IMG/VR virus record: IMGVR_UViG_3300036791_001056
Span: 64,001-128,000 of that record
Length of the DNA stretch: 64,000 bases
Strand: one strand, 5' to 3'
From: a virus
Of this stretch, positions 9,857 through 17,986 are shown piece after piece (positions within the stretch are counted from its first letter, which is position 1; each line of letters starts with the position of its first letter). Below the pieces are notes generated by a model. It saw only the letters and a program-made list of their open reading frames with translations. It had not been told where the DNA came from and made no database searches. A program made the position numbers and the translations under genes.

Positions 9857-10732
9857 ATGCGGGTCGGATGCATTTACAGCTTGAATGATCCTGAGACTGA
9901 TGAGATCCGGTACATTGGCAAGACGATCCAGAACCCTGAAATCCGGTTTAAAAGACACATAACTGCTGCGGAACGTGAGGTAAACACTCATGTTCACCGC
10001 TGGATGCGAACGCTATCTGCGCCGCCCGTACTAGTTATCTTGGACACAGTGCTAGAAGATGAGCTAGACACCGCTGAGATTCACTGGATCGCTGTTATGC
10101 GGGCTAAAGGTGCTCGGCTCACCAACATAACGAGCGGTGGCGGCGGTCACCTAGGCGTAAAGCTGTCACCCGAGCACCGCGCTAAGATCAGCGCGGGCAA
10201 TCGCGGTAAGACGTACTCGCCTGAGGCACGGGCCAAGATGTCGGTTGCGCAGCAAGGGAAGATCATGTCACCCGAAGCGCGAGCTAAGATCAGCGCTGCG
10301 CTGACGGGACGGAAGTTTTCCGCAGAGACGAACCAGAAGCGCGCTGACGCGCAGCGCGGCCGGCCGCTGTCACCAGAGCGCCGGGCTAAGATAGCCGCTG
10401 CGCTGCGCGGAAGAGCGCCGTCACCGGAAACACTGATTAAGATCGCCGCTAAAAACCGGGGCCGGCATCACACACCAGAAGCGCGTGCCAAGATCGGCGC
10501 GGGCAATCGCGGGAAGATCATGTCACCGGAAGCCCGGGCTAAGATCTCTGCGGCAGTCCGCCAATCATACGCTGAAAACGGTACGCGAAAGTTGTCTGAA
10601 GAGCACAAGGCTAAGATCCGTGCGGCGAGAACAGGGCAAAAGCTATCAGAAGAGCACAAGGCTAAGATCAGCGCAGCAGCAGTCAAGCGCAGAGAGACTA
10701 CGCCTGCAGCGCTTCTACGAGAGAGACAGTGA
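9857..10732 (+). CDS. GIY-YIG homing endonuclease with NUMOD3 repeats
   Basis: CIYSL...RYIGKT N-terminus; about 10 SPE.RAKIS repeats; extended -10 TGATATAAT 7 nt before ATG 9857 (leaderless). Confidence 0.9.
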   Translation: MRVGCIYSLNDPETDEIRYIGKTIQNPEIRFKRHITAAEREVNTHVHRWMRTLSAPPVLVILDTVLEDELDTAEIHWIAVMRAKGARLTNITSGGGGHLGVKLSPEHRAKISAGNRGKTYSPEARAKMSVAQQGKIMSPEARAKISAALTGRKFSAETNQKRADAQRGRPLSPERRAKIAAALRGRAPSPETLIKIAAKNRGRHHTPEARAKIGAGNRGKIMSPEARAKISAAVRQSYAENGTRKLSEEHKAKIRAARTGQKLSEEHKAKISAAAVKRRETTPAALLRERQ

Positions 10733-11210
10733 TCTGCGCGTCATAGCGGTTGAACGCCTGATCGCTCAGGGCGCGCAGGTCGATCCGGTAACTCATCCGC
10801 TCGCCGATGTCCAGCAGCCACGACTGCTGCTCGGTGTACGGGTCCACGACGAGCGGGCGCTCGGGCGACGTCCGCAGAGTGAACATAATGGCGTCGACGA
10901 TCCCGGGAAAGAGCGTGTCGCTCGCCGGGTCGTCATCCTGCCCGAAGAACACCACCCACAGGTCCAGCGTGTGCTCGATGTTCTTCCACCCGCTCGGGGT
11001 GCCCGGCCCGGTGTTGCGCGGCACCGTCCCGACCTTGGTGCTGTCGCGCGACTCATCACCGGTGGCCGGCCACACGTACACCGTCGGCACCTCTGCCTCA
11101 ACGTTCGGGTCGGGCGGCGTGATGTACGCGGCGAGGTTCGGGATCCCGCCCGGGAGCGGCAGGCCGTTGAGCAGGCCCTGGATGTACACCTGCGCTGAGT
11201 TGATCGGCAC
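10698..11210 (-). CDS. Tail terminator-like protein
   Basis: Size and position immediately upstream of the tail tube gene. Confidence 0.6.
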   Translation of the reverse strand: MPINSAQVYIQGLLNGLPLPGGIPNLAAYITPPDPNVEAEVPTVYVWPATGDESRDSTKVGTVPRNTGPGTPSGWKNIEHTLDLWVVFFGQDDDPASDTLFPGIVDAIMFTLRTSPERPLVVDPYTEQQSWLLDIGERMSYRIDLRALSDQAFNRYDAQITVSLVEALQA

Positions 11211-11214
11211 AGTC

Positions 11215-11371
11215 TTACCTCTTAGGCCACGGCAGGACGTGGATCGCCAGCACGATGAGCCCGGCCGTCGTCAGCCCGGTCACGTCGAACCAGTGGCTGT
11301 GAACGGTAACGGCGGCGCCGTGAGCCAAGAACGTTGCCGTGAACAGTTACGATTACTGCGACTCCGAACAT
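11215..11371 (-). pseudogene. Small membrane protein with apparent 1-nt insertion
   Basis: ATG coupled to the upstream TGA gives MFGVAVIV; the hydrophobic continuation LFTATFLAHG...GLIVLAIHVLPWPKK is in the next frame. Confidence 0.45.
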
Positions 11372-12315
11372 CAGATCACCCGCCTGAACGGCGCGAGCAG
11401 CGCCTCTCCCTGCTTAATGAAGTCAGCTGGCTTAGCACTCCCGCCACCTGCGCCTCCCGGAATGCTCTGCACCGTGGTAGATGTGGCGCCCCGGGCGAGC
11501 GCCATTGCCGCGGCGAAGAGAATGCAGCCCCACGTGACCGACTGAGGGATGGTAGAGAACAGTGTTCCCGCCTGGTGAGCGTACGTGAGCGGCAGCGCGA
11601 GCGTCAGCGTGCCCGGCCCGGTCGTCACGCTCGTCTGCGTGACCGTGGCCACCTCTTGCTGCCCGCTGTCGAAGAACGTGCCAATGGCTCCGGTGACGTT
11701 GCTGAACGGCGTGGTGATGGCCCAAGCGGTGCAGTCATCTACCTGGATGGTTGTGTCGCCCGCGGTCGAGTTGACCGTCATCCCAGTGTGTGGCCACCCG
11801 TTGTAGTACTGCACCTGCAGGATGGTGCCCTGCCGGCCACTGCCCCAGTTGATGACGCCCGGCGCGACGATGATGGCTTGCCCGCCCTCAGCCGCATCAG
11901 ACGGCGCTGATGAGCCGTAGATGCCGAGCACCGGCACCTCCGGCTCGTACAGGCCCGTGGGAACGGTGATCCACTGGTGGGGCCACTGGTTAGCGGCAGC
12001 AGTCATCACGTTGACGATTCCTGTGACCGGCCATCTCGAGAGGATGATCCGCCCATTTCGTGACCCGACTTGAATGGTCGCGCGGAAGTTCGGCCCGCGG
12101 ACGATCTCGGTGTCCAGCGTCGCCCGCAGCAGCTGGTTGCAGTACTTATCCGCCTGGGCTGTGGCTCGTGCGCACAGGTTGGTCTGCTCGGCGATCCGCA
12201 TGGCCGGGGTCACGCCGCTCCCAGCTGGGATCGTGGACCAGCTGATGCCCGTTGGTGCGGTAATCAGCATCTCAGGGGTGATGTACGGTGACAGCGGGCC
12301 GGTAACTCCCGTCAT
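11371..12315 (-). CDS. Head-to-tail adaptor protein
   Basis: Start reassigned to ATG 12315 (MTGVTGPLSPYITPE); ADKYCNQ.L and C-terminal LLAPFRR motifs. Confidence 0.75.
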   Translation of the reverse strand: MTGVTGPLSPYITPEMLITAPTGISWSTIPAGSGVTPAMRIAEQTNLCARATAQADKYCNQLLRATLDTEIVRGPNFRATIQVGSRNGRIILSRWPVTGIVNVMTAAANQWPHQWITVPTGLYEPEVPVLGIYGSSAPSDAAEGGQAIIVAPGVINWGSGRQGTILQVQYYNGWPHTGMTVNSTAGDTTIQVDDCTAWAITTPFSNVTGAIGTFFDSGQQEVATVTQTSVTTGPGTLTLALPLTYAHQAGTLFSTIPQSVTWGCILFAAAMALARGATSTTVQSIPGGAGGGSAKPADFIKQGEALLAPFRRVI

Positions 12316-12320
12316 TGCAG

Positions 12321-12366
12321 TAGACACCGCCTTGCTGACGTGATATGATCTATACCAGGAACGGAG
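12321..12366 (+). promoter_or_regulatory. Cassette promoter TAGACA-17-TATGAT plus AGGAACGGAG
   Basis: Seen directly. Confidence 0.8.
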
Positions 12367-12378
12367 CAGAGAGCAGGA

Positions 12379-12597
12379 ATGAGCCCCGTGAACACTAAGG
12401 TCAAGATCCCGCGCGAGCTGCGACGGGTGCATAGAGTCGCGGTCGCGCAGGGCTGGACCGTTACGCTTACTGGTGGCGGGCACCACTGCTGGTGCTCCGC
12501 CACCGGTGCGCAGATCTTCACCGGCAGCACGCCGGGCGATCAGCGCAGCATCAAGAATCACATCGCCAAGCTGAGGCGCGCCGGGCTGCGTCTCTGA
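12379..12597 (+). CDS. HicA-like (dsRBD-fold) toxin homolog
   Basis: QGWTV..TGGGH...STPGD.R...N..AKLRRAG pattern; no HicB-like gene adjacent. Confidence 0.7.
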   Translation: MSPVNTKVKIPRELRRVHRVAVAQGWTVTLTGGGHHCWCSATGAQIFTGSTPGDQRSIKNHIAKLRRAGLRL

Positions 12598-13212
12598 TTA
12601 CGCGCGTCTCGCCGCCGGGACCGAGCGCTTAGGCTGCGTCACCTGCCGAGCAGGGCGCCGCGCAGGCGCAGCAGCGCTCGGCACCGGCGGTGGGCCTGAC
12701 CGCTCCTGATCATCGCTCTCAACGGTGGCCGGCACAGTCACAGCAGCTGCGGGCAGTGTGCGATCATCAGCATCAGGCACGGCTGGGACGCTGATCACCA
12801 GCCGAGCGCCGCACTCAGCGCAGAACTTGCTGCTCGGCACGTTCTCGTGACCGGCAGCGCACGCTATGGTGCCGTAATCAGCCGTGCGCTTGATCATCGG
12901 CTCGAGAAACTCGGCCACGGGCAGCCCGGCGATCTTCGCCAGCGCCAGCGCCATGATGTCCTCGCGGCTGCGGGTGGTGGACTTCTCCGCGTTGTCACGC
13001 GCCAAGTCCTCGTCGGGGGTGGTCGGCACGTCAGCGAGCGTACCCGACCACAGCGGGTCATTCGCGAGATACTCGCTGCACTGCGGGCAGTTGAGCGCCC
13101 AGATCTTAGCGGGTGCGCCGTGGCTGACGGGTCGGCTGTGCGGCTCGCCGCAGCCTCCGTGCGCCCGGCTTACAGCGACGCTCATTGCGTCACTGCGGCC
13201 ATACCTGATCAT
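12598..13212 (-). CDS. Zn-ribbon hypothetical protein of the virion operon
   Basis: GGCGEPH, CPQC and C..GH.N....KFC.ECG motifs; RBS AAGGAGG. Confidence 0.75.
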   Translation of the reverse strand: MIRYGRSDAMSVAVSRAHGGCGEPHSRPVSHGAPAKIWALNCPQCSEYLANDPLWSGTLADVPTTPDEDLARDNAEKSTTRSREDIMALALAKIAGLPVAEFLEPMIKRTADYGTIACAAGHENVPSSKFCAECGARLVISVPAVPDADDRTLPAAAVTVPATVESDDQERSGPPPVPSAAAPARRPARQVTQPKRSVPAARRA

Positions 13213-13257
13213 GAGTCAACTGCCTCCTTGTTGTGTGGTATAGTTCTATCTGTCTAA

Positions 13258-13330
13258 CCCAGCCCGGCCGAGCATGAGCATGAGCTGAGCGCAGCATGAG
13301 CGGAGTGGGGCGAAGCGTAGCTCAGTACCA
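13258..13330 (+). repeat. Period-5 NNAGC array (5' leader)
   Basis: CGAGC ATGAGC ATGAGC TGAGC GCAGC ... GAAGC GTAGC TCAGT, following the -10 TATAGT at 13239. Confidence 0.7.
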
Positions 13331-13362
13331 AACTGGTTTTACCTAAGGAATGAGGAACAGAG

Positions 13363-13710
13363 ATGACGATCGCACGTGAGCAGGTGAGCATGCCCGAGCT
13401 GCTGCCGGTGCCCGCTGAGCCCCTGAAGACGTGGAAGACGCGCCTGAATGCGCTGTTCCCCAAGTTCACCCCGAACTCGCGGGTCGAGATCGATTCCCAC
13501 CTCGTGGCGGTGCGCACGTACGCTGCGTGGGCTGAGGGATTCTGGAAGACGCAAGGTGAGATCGCTACCCTGCGGATCCGTGAGCAGCTGCGCGACGGCG
13601 AGTTCGGCACGGTGGGCGGCGTAGACGTCGTGCAGCGTCATCGGTACCCAGTTGATGGCCACTACGTGACACCTGGCGATCGCGATTACCTGAAGAGCGT
13701 AAAGGCGTAA
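13363..13710 (+). CDS. Hypothetical protein
   Basis: AGGAACAGAG box before ATG; plausible codon usage. Confidence 0.7.
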   Translation: MTIAREQVSMPELLPVPAEPLKTWKTRLNALFPKFTPNSRVEIDSHLVAVRTYAAWAEGFWKTQGEIATLRIREQLRDGEFGTVGGVDVVQRHRYPVDGHYVTPGDRDYLKSVKA

Positions 13711-13856
13711 AGACTAAGCGGAGCGGTGCGTAGCAGTGCTAAGCAGAGCTAAGCATTTTCCGCAGTTAAGCAGAGCTAAGCATAACCGAGCGAACCAGAG
13801 TTGAGTCGAGCAGTGCACAGCCCAGGAGCGCGGCGGCTCACGCAGCTGCCGCGCTC
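13708..13856 (+). repeat. Period-5 NNAGC array followed by hairpin (13826..13856)
   Basis: TAAGC GGAGC GGTGC GTAGC AGTGC TAAGC AGAGC TAAGC...; 13-bp stem follows. Confidence 0.75.
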
Positions 13857-14134
13857 ACCTCACTTTCCAAGAGGGTTAGCTCTCCGCACCGGTGGCACCG
13901 CGTCGTCCACGCCTGCCACAACCGAGAGCAGCTCACGCACCACCGGCCGGTCTTGGTGCCGAGCCGGTGCGACTGAGCGCTCACGAGCCCCGTCGATGCG
14001 TGCGCTGATCGCAGCAGCCGGCTCGCGTGATTGTCCTCGAGCGTGATGGTCCCGTTGGAGCTCGACCGCAGCGTCTGCCCGTCAGCTGTGGTGAAGCCCC
14101 TGCAGCCCGGGGGCAGTGTGAACGTCTGGCTCAT
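13838..14134 (-). CDS. Zn-ribbon hypothetical protein
   Basis: Start reassigned to ATG 14134 (MSQTFTLPPGC); CVSC...CHRCG. Confidence 0.7.
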   Translation of the reverse strand: MSQTFTLPPGCRGFTTADGQTLRSSSNGTITLEDNHASRLLRSAHASTGLVSAQSHRLGTKTGRWCVSCSRLWQAWTTRCHRCGELTLLESEVSAAAA

Positions 14135-14139
14135 GCGCC

Positions 14140-14433
14140 TTACCCATCTGTAGTGATGTGATAACTGGCCACAGTCGCCGCTGAGGCCACCGCGTAGATG
14201 TCCGCACCCGCGGCACCGGGCCGGTTGTCGTAGGTGACGCTGCCGCTGGCCGGAATGAATGCACCCGTTGATGTAGTGATCCCACTCGTGGCGGTGCCGC
14301 CGGGCGGCACCGCGCCGACGAAGAACCCGGTGGCGACGGTTCCCGCCACGAGCGTCAGCCGTGACGCTCCCGGCGGCAGCGCGCACACGAACGTCGCTGT
14401 GGTGCCTACCGCGCGCTGGCCGAGCGCCAGCAT
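14140..14433 (-). CDS. Small beta-rich virion protein (decoration-like)
   Basis: Thr/Ala/Gly-rich; resembles its two upstream neighbours. Confidence 0.7.
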   Translation of the reverse strand: MLALGQRAVGTTATFVCALPPGASRLTLVAGTVATGFFVGAVPPGGTATSGITTSTGAFIPASGSVTYDNRPGAAGADIYAVASAATVASYHITTDG

Positions 14434-14927
14434 CAGTACGTCCCGGTGCTGACGTTCACCGATGTGCCCAGTGAGGCGTTCACCAGCGCCAACGTCTCAC
14501 CGCTGGCGTGGGCGAACCGCGTGGCGGTGGTGAATACCACAGTGGTGCCGTTGGTGACCGAGCTGACCGCCAGCGTCTCCTGTGCGTTGCCGGTGCCGAG
14601 GGCAAGCACCTGCCCGGCTGAGAACCCGCTCGTCGCCGCTGAGTTGACGGTGCCGGCGCCCGCCGCCACCGCGTTGGTGAACGTGGTTGACGTGCCGGTC
14701 GTGCCCGGGGCGCACACGGCCCAGATCGCGGCCGGCGCCTTGGCCAGGTCGATGATCTGCCCCGGGTACAGGACGAAGCCGGTCGCGAACGTCACAGCTG
14801 AGCCGCCGAGGTACACGGGCTGCGTGCCGTTGTTGGCGATGAACGCGTTGGGCGTGCCGACCACCGCCGGGTTGTAGATCTGGACCGCTGCGGCGCTGAC
14901 CGCGACGCTGACGGGCTGTGCTGCCAT
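14433..14927 (-). CDS. Virion protein (decoration-like)
   Basis: Start ATG 14927 after AGGAG; NNGTQPVYLGGSAVT motif. Confidence 0.75.
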   Translation of the reverse strand: MAAQPVSVAVSAAAVQIYNPAVVGTPNAFIANNGTQPVYLGGSAVTFATGFVLYPGQIIDLAKAPAAIWAVCAPGTTGTSTTFTNAVAAGAGTVNSAATSGFSAGQVLALGTGNAQETLAVSSVTNGTTVVFTTATRFAHASGETLALVNASLGTSVNVSTGTY

Positions 14928-14985
14928 AAAGAGTCTCCTGATCGTGAGCGCGATCGGTTCCGTGAGTGATCTTAGCCGCGCTGGC

Positions 14986-15297
14986 TCAATCGATGGTCGA
15001 CCCGATGGTCGCCAGCCCGGCCACCACCGTCGCCGTGCCTGCTGTAGTGACGGCGTACAGGTTGATGGCCGTGCCCTGGAAGAGCAGCTGCTGGCTGACG
15101 AGCAGCGGGATGCCCGTCGAAGTGCTGACCGCGGTGCCGCCACCCACGTACACCGTGGCGGTTCCCAGGTTGGCCACCAGCACGTTCCGCAGTGTGCCGG
15201 TGAGCCCGCTCGCGGCGGTGTTGAAGATGGCGACGGTACCAGACGCTGTGCCCACGCTGGTGGTCTGGGTGCCCGGGCCGTTGGCGAAGATGGCCAT
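14986..15297 (-). CDS. Virion protein (decoration-like)
   Basis: Start ATG 15297 after GAAAGGA; NLGTATVYVGGG motif shared with neighbour. Confidence 0.75.
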   Translation of the reverse strand: MAIFANGPGTQTTSVGTASGTVAIFNTAASGLTGTLRNVLVANLGTATVYVGGGTAVSTSTGIPLLVSQQLLFQGTAINLYAVTTAGTATVVAGLATIGSTID

Positions 15298-15372
15298 CTG
15301 GCCGTCCTTTCGTGATCTGATTGTGGTATAATTACTTACAAGTAGAGGAACGTGGAACGGAGGGACCAGCGA

Positions 15373-15952
15373 GTGGGCTACAGCACCGACTTCACGGGTG
15401 AGGTTACCGTCACCCCGCCCCTGTCTGCCCAAGAGGCAGACTTCCTGCAGCGGTTCGCGGTCACCCGGCACTGCAGTCATCAGCCCAGCATGTACGCGGC
15501 GGCGCCGCGCCTCAGCCGTGCTGAGATCGCAGAGCTGAGCAGGCCCGCGGTGACGCACATGACCTCAGACTGCCCAGCACCGCGCAACACCAGCTGCGGC
15601 GGCGCCAGCGCCGGGGCTCTGGTGCCAGTGGGTGCCGGGCGGCTATGACAGCGTAGATGACGTGTGGCACACGATCAAGTGGGACGGCGGCGAGAAGTTC
15701 TATGAGTACACGGAGTGGCTGAAGTTCATCATCCAGCACTTTCTCATGCCCGGCGCTCAAGCGCTCACCGGCACCGGTCCCGTGATTCCCGGCGGCGCCG
15801 CGGACTCACTCAACCCAGCCGGGCACGCATTGACCGGCGTGATCGAGTGGCAGGGTGAGGAGAGCGATGACATGGGCCGGATCGTGGTCAGGGACAACGT
15901 CGTCATGACTCAAGTCGCGGGCCGGTCATACGGAGAGATCGCTGAGGTCTAA
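15373..15952 (+). pseudogene. Conserved phage protein split by a +1 frameshift
   Basis: MGYSTDFTGEVTVTPPLS in one frame; PGLWCQWVP...IKWDGGEKFYEYTEWL...GVIEWQGEESDD in the next (shift between 15563 and 15610). Promoter TATAAT at 15327 and AGGAACGTGGAACGGAG box upstream. Confidence 0.7.
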
Positions 15953-16059
15953 CTCAGCAGAACACAGCTGAGCATCAGCCGAGCCCAGCTTACCGTACCA
16001 AGGCAAAGCGTAGTCTGGCACAGCTCAGTGACCCGGGCAGGCGCGAGCCTGCCCGGGTC
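15950..16059 (+). repeat. Period-5 NNAGC array plus perfect 13-bp hairpin terminator (16030..16059)
   Basis: TCAGC AGAAC ACAGC TGAGC ... ACAGC TCAGT, then GACCCGGGCAGGC-GCGA-GCCTGCCCGGGTC. Confidence 0.75.
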
Positions 16060-16097
16060 TCTCTGCTTCATAAGAAGATATGGCTGCCTCAAGAGGT

Positions 16098-16913
16098 TTA
16101 GAGACCGAGAGCGGTGTAGAGTGGAGTGATGAAGGTACCGTTATCAATGGATGCGTGAGAGATGCGGTAAACGCGGTAACCACGCGCAACTAGCTCTGTA
16201 TCACGTTCTGAGTCACGGGCAGCACACTCAACACTCTTGTGATGGGCACCATCCACCTCAATGTCAAGACGAAGTGCCGGTACATATAGGTCTATCTCCC
16301 AGTTTGACGAGGTGTCGTGCGGGATGAATGGAACATCTGCAGTAATCAAGATGATGGCCACCACTGATTCATACGTAGTCAGTGGTCGTTCTTCTAGCAT
16401 CTTGAAGCTGTTGCGCAAGTTACCGCGCATCTCACGCCATGCTTGCTTCATGGCTGTTGACCGGCGGCCGGCGTATTTTGGATCCATCGTTACACGCTGA
16501 AGACCGGCAGCATGACGTTGACGGAAATTTTCGTCTGCTGCGAACTTCTCGCGCATAATCTCAGACTGCAACTCACGGCGGCCAGGCCGATTATTGACTT
16601 CGGTGGTTGCTGCCGAACGCCGCGCCTTAGTTCCGGGCTGAGCCTCTACCTCAGCACGATGCGCCCGGTATTCTGGGTCTTCCCAGCGCGCTTGCATCGC
16701 TGCTTGCCGCCGTTGATCAGATTCAGGTGTGTGAGTTTTTTGTGCTGCTTCTGACCGTTCTTCCGCGGTCATCCGCTGCTTGCTGGCGCGAACGCCGGCG
16801 GACACCTTCTTCCGGTATTCCGGATCTTGCGCCCGCCGGCGCATCGCTTCTGCTTGTCTTTCACGCCGTTCAGGCGTCCACCCTTTACTTGCGCCTGCTG
16901 ATGATCCTGGCAT
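16098..16913 (-). CDS. Free-standing Vsr/DUF559-like (PD-(D/E)xK) homing endonuclease
   Basis: C-terminal EIDLY...IEVDGAHH...RDSERD..L..RGYRVYRI; basic helical repeats at N-terminus; TGATATACT extended -10 just before ATG. Confidence 0.85.
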   Translation of the reverse strand: MPGSSAGASKGWTPERRERQAEAMRRRAQDPEYRKKVSAGVRASKQRMTAEERSEAAQKTHTPESDQRRQAAMQARWEDPEYRAHRAEVEAQPGTKARRSAATTEVNNRPGRRELQSEIMREKFAADENFRQRHAAGLQRVTMDPKYAGRRSTAMKQAWREMRGNLRNSFKMLEERPLTTYESVVAIILITADVPFIPHDTSSNWEIDLYVPALRLDIEVDGAHHKSVECAARDSERDTELVARGYRVYRISHASIDNGTFITPLYTALGL

Positions 16914-16942
16914 AACACCAGTATATCATAAGCTACAAGTTT

Positions 16943-17986
16943 TTAAGAAAATGGTGTTGTGTCTGACACCTGCAGCCCCTGGATGATGCCCGAGTAGAAC
17001 GGCGCGTATGCGACCAGCGCACCGTACATGAACAGGCTGTACCGGAAGCTCGCGTCGATGACCGGCCAGGCGATGGACACATAGTCCTGCACCATGGTCA
17101 TCTCCCAGGCGTTGGCCACGTTCGTCCACGTCTGGGGGAGCTGGTACGTCATCAGGATCGCGGTGCCCTGGGTCAGCCAGGGGTGCACCACGAGCTTCAG
17201 GATGCTGCGGGTGATCGGGTTCTGGAACTCGGACACCGCGGCGCCGACGCGCACGCCGGAGACGTCGGGCTGGTCCAGGAACAGCCGGTAGTTGGTAGCA
17301 GCGCCCTGGCTGATGACGTCCGTCGAGAGCCGCATGATGTCGCCGCCGTCGCCCACGAGCTCGCCCGGGTCAGCGCGGAACGCGCCCGGGTTCGTGAGGT
17401 TGGACTCCCACAGGGCGTCCAGCGCGGTGTAGATGGTGTTGTAGGAGAGGTGGGTGCCGGCGGACGGCTGGTAGTAGCCGCCCTGCCAGCCGGCCGGGTA
17501 CACCGTGGAGTTGGCGGACTTACCGGTCAGGACCGGGATCAGCCCCTCCATCCGGGTGTTGGCACCGGTGGTGGAGTCGGTGGTGGGTGGGTGAGTGGCG
17601 GGCGCCGCGAGCGTCAGCGGACCCTGGACGGTGAACCGCTGGCCGCCGACGCCCGTTGCGACCTTCCACAGCTGGCCGTTGGTCGGCGTCGCGGAGTTCT
17701 CCGAGACGTAGATGTTGTACTGCTGGGCGCCCGCGACCGGGACGATTGTGACGTCCACGACGTTGGTGGTCCCGACGGTCGTGATGTCCGAGGACACCGC
17801 GGAGGCGACGGTCTCACCGTAGTAGTTGGTAGCGGTGACGGCGACCACGAAGTGCGACGGCGAGCCGCCGATCACGGTCTCGTTGGAGCCCGCCGCGCGG
17901 AGGGTAGTGGTCGGAGCAGCCGGTGTCTGCAGCGTGGCGGATGAGCCCGCCAGCATCTGGTACTCCTCCCCCATCATCATTTCTTG
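16943..17986 (-). CDS. Major capsid protein, exon 2
   Basis: Begins CAA GAA ATG (QEMMMGEEY) after the intron terminal G; VHPWL.QGT and Y.AL..YAP motifs; spliced product 614 aa. Confidence 0.85.
   Translation of the reverse strand, partial: QEMMMGEEYQMLAGSSATLQTPAAPTTTLRAAGSNETVIGGSPSHFVVAVTATNYYGETVASAVSSDITTVGTTNVVDVTIVPVAGAQQYNIYVSENSATPTNGQLWKVATGVGGQRFTVQGPLTLAAPATHPPTTDSTTGANTRMEGLIPVLTGKSANSTVYPAGWQGGYYQPSAGTHLSYNTIYTALDALWESNLTNPGAFRADPGELVGDGGDIMRLSTDVISQGAATNYRLFLDQPDVSGVRVGAAVSEFQNPITRSILKLVVHPWLTQGTAILMTYQLPQTWTNVANAWEMTMVQDYVSIAWPVIDASFRYSLFMYGALVAYAPFYSGIIQGLQVSDTTPFS

Noticed and set aside
11371-12561. ORF-track starts at 12561, 15558, 15143, 14386, 37756, 40091, 54352, 9806 and 7754
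   Set aside because: These extensions overlap opposite-strand genes, neighbouring genes or promoters; downstream starts have a better RBS or leaderless geometry
16098-16942. Second intron around the free-standing endonuclease
   Set aside because: The capsid frame ends naturally at 16943, and I found no P7 R/S elements or downstream exon
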